From Lytechinus pictus (Eukaryota), in NCBI RefSeq assembly GCF_037042905.1, contig NC_087252.1, positions 62,001 to 126,000 on the forward strand: DNA of 64,000 bases, written 5' to 3'. The translations under genes were made by a program, and so were the position numbers. Below are positions 37,401 through 48,312 of this stretch, piece after piece. Within the stretch, counting starts at the first letter, position 1. Every line of letters starts with the position of its first letter. The notes beneath the pieces are model-generated. The model worked only from the letters and a program-made list of their open reading frames with translations, had not been told where the DNA came from and searched no databases.

Positions 37401-40400
37401 CACCAACTGCCTTTACTGCTTTCATCCTTTACATCTATGGGGAGTGTTTCATGAAGCATCTTCTCAGTGATTTCTGTTGTTAAATTTGCTCTAAGCCAAT
37501 CAGATACAAGGATATCAGTAGCTTATATTTCAAATAGTAAGTGAAAGTCTTCATGAAATACTCCCTTGGTATTCCTTGTACTCTCAAACCAGCCACCTCC
37601 AAAACCCTGCTGCACAAAATCTAACAGAAACGTAACTTTGCCATCCAAGTATTCTTAGATCAGCACCACAATACAGTCTTTCATTTATCAATTACTACAG
37701 ACCAAGCAGGTCTTTGCGCTCATCCACTTCTGGCTTCCTTGCTGTTCCAAAAGTTTCAAAAACTTGGGGGGAAAGATCATTTGCTTTTGCATGCCCCACT
37801 TTGTGGAATAGCCTTCCTGAAGACATAAAAAAATGTACCTCTGTCGAAACTTTCAAAAATCTTTTTTATTTAACTCTGAGTTCTTTATGCGCCTTGAGTA
37901 CTCTTCAGAGTGGATTTGGCACTTTATAAGTCACATTATTATTATTATTATTACCATGGTAACAATGCTCAACAACCAATCAGAATGAAGGATTCCACAT
38001 GAGATACATTTGGATGGCAAACTTTATCATTATATCAACCTTTAACAGAAAAGTGCCTGGATCCAGGCTCCTTGCAAAATTTAAAGATATTTAAAGACCA
38101 CAATAAAACTAACACAGGTGTCATAACTCTTCCCAAGGTAAATGTACCCTGTGGGCATAATTCTTACTATTACCCTGAATGATGTGTATTGTATCATACT
38201 AACGCACCTGTTTAGGTGATGATGTAGATGAAGACTGGTGAGTCTGTGGAATGCTGGATGCGGCCCTTACTGCAGCAGCTCCTGAGAAATATCAAACATT
38301 TATCATTGATAGAGAGGGAATCTCCACTGGATCATAAGAAAGTAATGATTAAACACTATACATTTTCTGTGAGGAATCAAACAAAGTTCATCTATGAATG
38401 AGAATTTTCCGTTAACCAGTAAACAAAAATGGAAAATCCATTTTGTTCTTTACTTTTCGTGGAAAAATTCACCTCTACAAGATGGAATCCATGTTTTTAA
38501 TGTTCATTCTTTATGACAAAACAGAACTTCTATTTAAGATCAACTTTAAAATGGAGTTACGGGCTTCCAGAAACAGAAAAGGCCATTTTTAAACAACAAG
38601 TGGAACGCCTCTGGCAGTCTCGCCTGCATTACGCGATTTAACATAGCAGCAGTGCTAACTTTGAAAACTACTATAAAATAATCATTCACAAAAAACACTT
38701 TTCATATAATGACATAATACCACGTTCATTGACCATAAATGACATTTGAACGGTGACTTAAGACTTGTCAACTACACCCATGTCCACATTTCATTCACTC
38801 TATCCATAAACTTTCAAAGTTATGATGGCAATTCAACAATTACCCCAACATGGCCTAAGTTTATTGACCTTAACTGACCCCTGACCTTGGTTTTGTGACC
38901 TGAAACTCACAGGGGATGTTCAGTGATACTTGATTACTCTTATATCCCAAGTTGTATGAACTAGATCCATAAACTTTCAGAGTTAGGATGGTAATTCAAC
39001 AAATACCTCTAACACGGCCAAAGTTCATTGCCCTTTAATGACCTTTGACCATGGTCATGTGACCTGAAACTCATACAGGATGCTCAGTGATACTTGATTA
39101 CTCTTATGTCCAAGTTTTATGAACTAGATCCATAAACTTTCAGAGTTAGGATGGTAATTTAACAAATATCCCCAACACGGCCAAAGTTCATTGACCTTAA
39201 ATGACCATTGACCATGGTCATGTGACCTGAAACTCGCACAGGATATTCAGTGGTACTTGATTAACCTAATGTCCAAGTTTCATGAACTAGATCCATAAAT
39301 TTTCAAAGTTATGATGGTAATTCAACAAATACCCCCAACTTGGCCAAAGTTCATTGACCCTAAATGACCTTTGACCTTGGTCATGTGACCTGAAACTCAG
39401 GCAGGATGTTCACTAATACTTGATTAAACTTATGTCCAAGTTTCATTAAATAGATCCATAAATTTTCAAAGTTATGATAGTAATTCAACAAATACCCCCA
39501 ACTTGACCAAAGTTCATTGACCCTAAATGACCTTTGACGTTGGTCACGTGACCTGAAACTCAAGCAGGATGTTCAGTAATACTTGATTAACCTTATGCCC
39601 AAGTTTCATGAACTAGGTCCATATACTTTCTAAGTTATGATGTCATTTCAAAAACTTTACCTTCGGTTAAGATTTTGAAAATAATTCTCCCAACATGGTC
39701 TAAGTTCATTGACCCTAAATGACCTTTGACCTTGGTCATGTGACCTGAAACTCAGGCAGGATATTCAGTAATACTTGATTAGGCTTATGTCCAAGTTTCA
39801 TGAACTAGGTCCATATACTTTCTGAGTTATGATGTAATTTCAAAAACTTAACCTTAGGTTAAGATTTGATGTTGACGCCGCCGCCGCCGTCGCCGTCGGA
39901 AAAGCGGCGCCTATAGTCTCGCTCTGCTATGCAGGCGAAACAAAAATCACTATCCCTATTCATCATTATTGGAGGAAAGGAAATTGTGGGTGTGTTTTGT
40001 TCTCTCATCTGTATATCACTCAATTGAATAAGCAAGATTGAAATGTAATACTTTTCTTATTTACAGTTGTCATCATAAGAGGAACTATTATTTGCTCTTC
40101 AAAAAAAATCATTTCATCAAAAAATAAAAAATAATCAAGATTACAACTGTTTAATATTTTGTAAATAATGAATAAATTTGAATTGCATAATTGAGGAAGA
40201 CTGACTGAAATACATACAGAATATTGTAGAAATAATCATTTAAATATCAAGCAATATTGACATGCACCTTTACCTGTGAGCGGTTTCTGTGTAGGTTCAG
40301 TATCCTTGCTCTTAAAAAAACTTCCAACCGATAGAGAAGACTTGCTTTCTTCCTTCAATCTGAACTTGCCCAGAGTAGTCTAGGGAAAGAAATCACAGAG

Positions 40401-43400
40401 AATTATTGATAAACATTGCACTTCATTGACGAGGTGTTAAAACATTGTAGGATGGGAGGTCTGGTGTCCAGACACTTAAAAATTTAAAAAAATTTTGAAC
40501 CTTCATTTTTGTCTTTGTATCGCACAAAAATGATGAATTCCAGAGTGGTAACATTTTTCAGTTTTGTTCTCTATAATATTCCCCAAGACTTTGTACTAAA
40601 AATTTATGAAGCTTTGCTTGTTTAAAATTGATTGTTCATACACACACAACAACTGGGTATACCTCATTTGTTCTTAATTTTAAGAAAATAGCCCAACTGA
40701 TTCTAGGTCCAAAACCCAATATCTGAAGTAACAAAATCATTATTTTCTTAATGAAATAAAGAAACCTGATTACAAAGAGAAATTCCCTTCAATGAATGAA
40801 AGATTTTTCTTGATGTGACTCCAGAAGACCCTGGGAGCATCAAATCATGCATATAAAAGGTTATCTGCACACCAGTTTAAACCTATTTTTATATGTCTTC
40901 TGAGGAGGTGTTCTTATATTAGTGAGAGCCCTGTTGCACAGACTTCACCATACTCCATACTAACCTGTCCTGTAGCGCCCTCTTGCTGCTCACCAGATCC
41001 AGGTGGACCATGAAGCTTGATGAACGATAGTCCATACTTACAACGCTGTTAACAAAAAAATCCATAAAGAAACTCACGGCTATACACACTGATCTTCAGA
41101 AACCATCTCAGTGTACATGTATATTATTAGCCTTGCACGCTGTTTATAAAGAGTATGAACTACATGTACATGCTAGAAATACAAAATTCATATTAACTTG
41201 GCTAAATATCTAACGAGTTGTGTATCATATGAAAGATAAAGTAATTTCCTTTGTTTTTCAATAAGGTTCAAATTTTGATCAGATATGCATGAATAATTAT
41301 TAATCATTAAAGTGCGACAATGTATGATCTCAGACCTTTCTATGTTCATTAAAGTGTATTTTGCAATGCTCCAATGATCAGGGCTCCGTAACACAAAGAT
41401 TACCGTAACTATCAATCGCTAAATGAACTGACCAATCAAGATAAAAATTACACGCGCATTAGGCGAAAAATACTGACCAGGAACCAATCAGAAGTGTTCT
41501 CTCATATTTGCAATTCATTGTTAATATTTGTGTTACGGAGCCCAGGACTCATTCTTTTCTTTTTTTTTCTAAGAGATGAAATATGCTTCAAAATTCTGAT
41601 ACTTTTTATTGGTTTTCTTCTTTTTGACAGAAAATGAAATATGAAAATCATCAGTCTTATTGCAACCCTGAACAAGAGTCAATGAGGCAACAGAAAACAG
41701 ACATTTGTACCTTTACAAAATGTGCAATACAAACTATGTATCTAGACGTACACTGTACATAGCCTCAATTATAATTGATTAAAATAGATTCAGAAATAAC
41801 TTTGATTAAAAAACTTTAATACTTTAAGTATTCAAACTGTAAATGCAAAGCAAGCTGAGGAGTATTTCACGAAACAAATATTCAGATATTTTCACTGACA
41901 AATGTTATAAGCTACTAAAATCCTGGCATCTAATTGGCTCAGATTGAAATATTCAGTGAAAATCCCTGACAAAATATACTCCATACATTTTTGCAACAAT
42001 GAATCATTTACCTTATTAAAAGGCTGAGTACAAACGATCTTGACGCGATCAAACTTCTTATCGGAGACGGCTTTAGAGAGGCTCTCTGGTCCAAACATCC
42101 GAACACGATTTTGATTGGTGTTATTCCTACTTTCTATTGGTGACATGAATGATGATGTTACTAAGATAACCTGTCATAAGATAAACACAATAGTTTATAG
42201 CAGTTGATGTTTATATCTTCAGCATTGTTTAAGGTTAATTGGTACATTTGTCAATGTAGCTGCTATGAGCTTCTTTGGACTATGTATCCTCTCTATTTAT
42301 CCACACCTATCAAATCTACAACAAGAACAAATTATGGCAATGCTTTTGACCAGTAACCAGCCGTGATTTTTTGGCACAGACCAATAAAATAAAGAAATAT
42401 CTGTACATGAGAAATTAAGTGTGACTGATGACTATGACTAATGTATCCAACACTTTATCAAGGCCTATAAAATATGTAATTCTTCATTTTAGGTGTCCAC
42501 CAGTCTGAAAAAACTCACCAGTGGACGGAGACAGACAGTTATTGGTCAGTCACATGTGGAAGACACCCTTTGACTTAGCCCAAGTAGGGACAGTATTTGT
42601 TGACACTTTCTGCATCCAATTTGATGCTTATGACATTAGTACAGTATATGTATTTTATTTTCAACGAAACTGTTAGAACTTCAAGTTTTTAATGCGGCTT
42701 ATTAATCTAATTGCTCTTTCTTTGAAATCAAAGACTGAATTCAAAATGATTTTTAAACATAATCTATTATATAGATAGCAATACTGTTAACATAAATGAG
42801 TGTTGATCTTTTTTGCTTCTGATAGTACCTTGATCAAGCAATTACAAGAGTATCCTATGTATAAGAAACAGAATGATAACAAGTGTTATTAACAAAGATA
42901 CAAGATCCTCTATAAAAATAGAAATCTTGCATTTCAAGGGATTCATTCCTGCCAGCAGCTATCTTTACCTTATGGAGTCAGAGTGTAGCAATACAAATCT
43001 GTACACAACCACTTTCTTTGATAAGTCAATATAAAGCTACATAATTTACAGCATTATTTATTATAGTTTTTGAAGCAACCTAGTCATGTTTAATTTACTC
43101 AGAATTGAAAGAAAGTAAGAAGTAACTGAAGGGGTGTATCTGACTCTGAGTAGGAAATAATTCTTCTTCTGGGGTAATATCTTTTTCACATTTGGGCGAC
43201 TGCTGAATTTTTGGGGACAATATCCTCCTTTTGATGGGCGGCCTTTTTTTTGCTCAATACTGAAAATACATAATCAGTCTGCTGTACACAGAATGGTCTA
43301 ATACTAATATTTTCTAGGGGCAGATCTTGGGGGTGACTCCAGAAAAGATCCCAAAGTATTTCTTACTTTAACTTAAGGGAATTTTAAGGGACAATTTGAG

Positions 43401-44016
43401 CTGTGATGGTGAAATGTATTTCCTACGCTGAGTACCTGAAATTCATCTGAACCAGAGCTTGAATGTCCGCCGAGAATCTCAACGAATGCAGACGACTCAT
43501 TGCCGACATCTATGGAATAAATGGAAGAAGCCTTCTCTAGTTGAAGGATGACAGACACCTGTTTCTCTCCTTCTGATCCTCCTGTCCATTTCTTGTAAGA
43601 GTCTGCCTTTAAAAGGTTCTCTGCCTTGTGCAACTATAATCAATAAAAGAGAAGAGGTTATTGCATTATATGGCAAGTACAAGTGAACACTATTAAGGGA
43701 GAAAAGGGACGGAGAGGAAGATGATGAGAACAACAGACAATTAAATGCCAATAACAGACAAATTCAATTTAAAAGGAGTATTCATTGATAAATATTGGCA
43801 AAGTATTGCACTTTAAATAAGCTACGTCTCCTCATGCATGCCCATGAAGTAGCAGCTTTTCAGCAACACTAAGAAGCTACCGGGACTTACAGGCTCCCGC
43901 CTTCATCCCGAACCAGATGACGATGATGATGATTATGATGATTATGATGGTAATGATGATGATGATGATGATGATGATGTTGATGATGATAATGATAATG
44001 ATGATGATAATGATGT

Positions 44017-44048
<32 letters not shown>

Positions 44049-47000
44049 ATGATGATGATGATGATGATAATAAGGAGAGGAGGGGAAGATGAAGAGGATG
44101 AGATGAAGGAGAAGAGAAAATCTAATTTTTTCATATACCGTAAGTAACGGACTATAAACCGCACCTGTGGATTAACCGCACCCCCAACTTTGGACTAAAA
44201 AAAAAAAAAAAAAATCCTCACATTATATTTGAGGTACGAAGAAACAAAAACTAAGTTAAAGATTTCAAAGTATCCAAAGAGATTACCGGTATGCGGAAAT
44301 CTGCTGTTCTTGATCAATTCATCTACAAATGTTTGCAAGAAAGAAAGGTCCCGACAATATTGGCCACTTACACACTCACTCACCTCACAGTCACAGTGTA
44401 CACACACACAGCACTGCCGTTCTTGTACATTGCAAACTATGATACGGTACCAGTACATCTTATCAAATAATGATCTGTGTCTTTCCCGCCGTAGGAGGAA
44501 GAAACATTCACATTTCTTGCATCACAAACTCACAATCACTTTCAGAATTTGTCTAGCTTTCGATGTCTTAGCATGAATTTTGGATACGGGATTACAGGAA
44601 GGTTCAAGAAACAAAGAAATTTGCTTTTTTTACAGTTGTTTTGACGGATTTGTGCCGTCTCTCTCGTTGCGTGGTGTACATGGTATCTTATGAAAAGCAA
44701 ACGGGAAAGAAAAAATAAGCTGGCGCGAAACGGGACTTTGGAGGGGATTGAGGGTTAAAATGAATAGCGCCAGCTTAAGTCGCACTATTACCACAATACA
44801 ACGCAAGCTAGCTCAGCTAACTCAACTCTCGCGCTAGCTCAGCTGTGACAAAATATTACCGAGTATGCTTGGCTTCTCTTTGAACTTAGCCAGGGAACTT
44901 CGCTGCTTTGAACCGAGAATAAAAGTCGAAATTAGTGTCATGAAGGTGGGTGCGTTTGTTATGGACAATATTTGATAAAATCGTAATAATCGCTTCTCAT
45001 TTCCCGCGGCTCATACCCCTCTAAACGACATTGCCCTGGGCGGCTACGCCCGGCCACTCGATGTGTTGTGAACTGGCAGACGTCTTACATGTTCGGGAAG
45101 GGTTACGACGGGCTGGCTCAGACCCGTCACCGTGGATAAACCGCACCCCCGACTTTTGCTTCTATCCCGCCGAGAAAAAGGTGCGATTAATAGACCGTTA
45201 CTTACGGTACTCTGATATGAATGTTAATTTATTTGATGAAGCAACTAAAAGAAAATGGCAAATTTATGCATATCTCAGAGTCAGACTTACATGTAATTGT
45301 TGAATTTAAATTAATTACATTATTCTAGTTGAATATAGATCTGCTTCTTCTTCTACTTTGGATACACAGTGGGGAATGTATTTAAGTTATCTAACAAAAA
45401 ATATACCTAGTATAGTCATGTGTTGTATATTACCGGACACTATCATGATTCTGGACGTGCATATTACTGCGTACGAAAACAATTTTGTATCATAAAACTT
45501 CCACAGAGCAATACATACAAGATTGTAAAAACAAGGCGAAAAATCTACTTTTTACCTCATTTATCTAAAAAATGACAGAAAATGCTTAAAATATCATACA
45601 ACATAGTTTTGCATCATTGATAAGAGTTCACTTTCTGACGGAAATATGGGCCTGATTTGCCAAATTTCAATCTCCTCCGCTCCTTTGATCAAATGTTGAG
45701 GTGTAGTGTATTGTGTGTGGGTGACGGCGCCGGCTGGTTCAAGGTATAGGCCTACTGTGCGCAAGGTTTACCGTAATTAGAGCCTGACGTCGACGATCGA
45801 CAGCGCATCGAACATGATACGAATGAGCATAATATTGGAAAAAGTCATGGAACATGCAGCTAAAATTAAGAAAAAATAAGATTAGATCTAGTTAGCAAAC
45901 ACAAATTTATTACCAAATCTGCTCAGATTCGATATGAAAAAAGCAAGCGAAAATTTAGAATTTACTCATATGATGTATGAAGAAAAAATCACCCCAATTC
46001 TTAATTACATCATTATTAATCAAGAATATATATATCTTTACCTGTCTGACGTGCGTCCGGAATCATAATGTAATTTGTCACACACGAAAATAATTACGCG
46101 AGCGTCGCGTAACGTTGGGGAAGTACAATAAGAAACAAGATGGCGGCGTAAACATCGGGCAAGTCTCTTCCGTCTTTTCACAATATTTTTTCATTTTTTT
46201 TATGAATTCTTGTTTTAAAAATAACAACGAGAGCGTAGAAATGTCGGAAATGAAGTTTTAATATTTATCCCATGTTCATGATTTAGACTAGAGCTAGATC
46301 TTGTAGAAGGAAAGTAGAAATCTCGGGGGCGAAAGTTTCAGGGTTTTTTGCGGTACACGCAGATGAATAGGGAGGACTCCCTGGCTTCGTTTAGAGTAAG
46401 CCTACGTTAGTAAATGATTTTTACTCTCAAGAAGCCGCCTGGCTAGAGCTGGAGGGGTATGCGGCAAGCGCCATGCAATTATAAAGAAAACGGTTGGTAA
46501 ATATAAAATAATTTTACCATTACCATCATAATTTTCATATTTGGAATCACCCATGGGTACAGATGTACATTCCCGCCGCCGTCCACAGGATAACCACTTG
46601 CACGGCACTTGCAATGCCTTTCGGGCTATATATTTTGAATTAGCAATATATATGGATTTAAGATCAGATAAGCTTTGGATATGAAACTTACAAAACGATA
46701 TGAAGCCAATTTCAATTCCTCTCTGTCTTTCTGGTACTTTATATCGATGATTTTTCTTGATGTCGAAGCAGGCATGGCCCCGATTCGCTGGTTCTCTCTA
46801 TACGCACAGAGAGGGCGCGCGATATTATTTAATAAACTTGCTTGTTTACGTCGTTTAGTACGTCAGATCAGCTGTACTGCTGGCTGCGTTCTAGGCGCTC
46901 CGCATTTTTTTTGGCTGTTCAGCGTTATTTTATGATGTAGCGCCATCAGCGATTATACGTGACATGCAACCTGTTGATTTTTGGTACAATTTCCTATTAC

Positions 47001-48189
47001 ACGCCGGCGACTTGAATCTAGACAGTTCGATAGGAAAAATTCGCATTTTGATTGTTGTTTGCGTAATTTCCACCGCAGTATGAAGGATGACTAAGTCTAA
47101 GGTCTTTAAGGACGGATCGAACGAAGTATCGTGGTTGAGATTTGGAGGTAAGCGATAAAAACACTTTTATAAATAATTTCCAATTCCTTTTTACAATGAA
47201 CTTAAATCATACGATCAAGATTAACATAGTGGAAAAATATTAAAAGGTTTGGCGTGTTATACTTTTACTTAGTCCCTCACATTCGTGTGATGAATGAAAA
47301 CGTCAAAATAAACTATGAGTATGACTATTACTAAGTCTAAGACCTAAGTATGAGTATGAAATCACATGCGTTGTGCGAGGTTAGTAAAATACTAACCTCG
47401 CATGTTGTGTGAGTGATTTGGAATAATAGCTAGTGCCGAATTTTTCTTGATTGTATTTCCTCCAAGGATACACTCACTGCCATGGCATAGCTCAGTCCAC
47501 TCATGGGATCAATGCATCTCGCGTGCGAAGGATATATGCACATGGTGCACGCGAATTTTTCACACCCTTTTTACTAAAATAACTAAGCCATTCCTTTTAA
47601 AATAATGTTTCTAATTGTGCTATGACACTTACCGAACCATATGGATCGTTTCTTGTCTTCTCTTTGGTGTGTTTTTAAGAAAAAAAATGCATTTTCTCGT
47701 GATCTTCACGTAGATACCGCAGGGTCATTGTGGTTGTAAACTTTTGCTTAAAGAGGGCGCGCGATATTATTCACAAGATGTTTGTTTACGGTTCTGCAGC
47801 TTGTACTGCTAGCTGCATTTTAGACGCTCAGCATTATTTTCCTCTTTCTGTTTTTTTTTTTGCTGTCAAGCGGTATTTTCTATTGTAGCGCCATCAGCGA
47901 TGATGAAATGTAAAGAGTCGCCTTGAAATGAAGAAAAATTATGTCACATTAATTCGTTAGTTTGTTTCCTATTTTTTTTCACTTTTTTCTTCTTCCTCAT
48001 CTATGATCAAAGGTGAATACCTTTTTTTGATATCTGTTCTAAAAGCTGGACATTTTAAATATTTTGTTCAAGTAAATAAATCAACAGGATAGTAATCAAA
48101 ATGCGATAGAGCTGCCCGAGCTGAAAATTCTGATACAAGGACTTGAAAATAAAACATTCTGAGCACTTTTTATAACAATGATGAGGAGA

Positions 48190-48248
<59 letters not shown>

Positions 48249-48263
48249 CTTGATTTATTTACG

Positions 48264-48312
<49 letters not shown>

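Noticed and set aside
43877..44164. Poly-Met and poly-Ile ORFs
   Set aside because: (GAT)n microsatellite.
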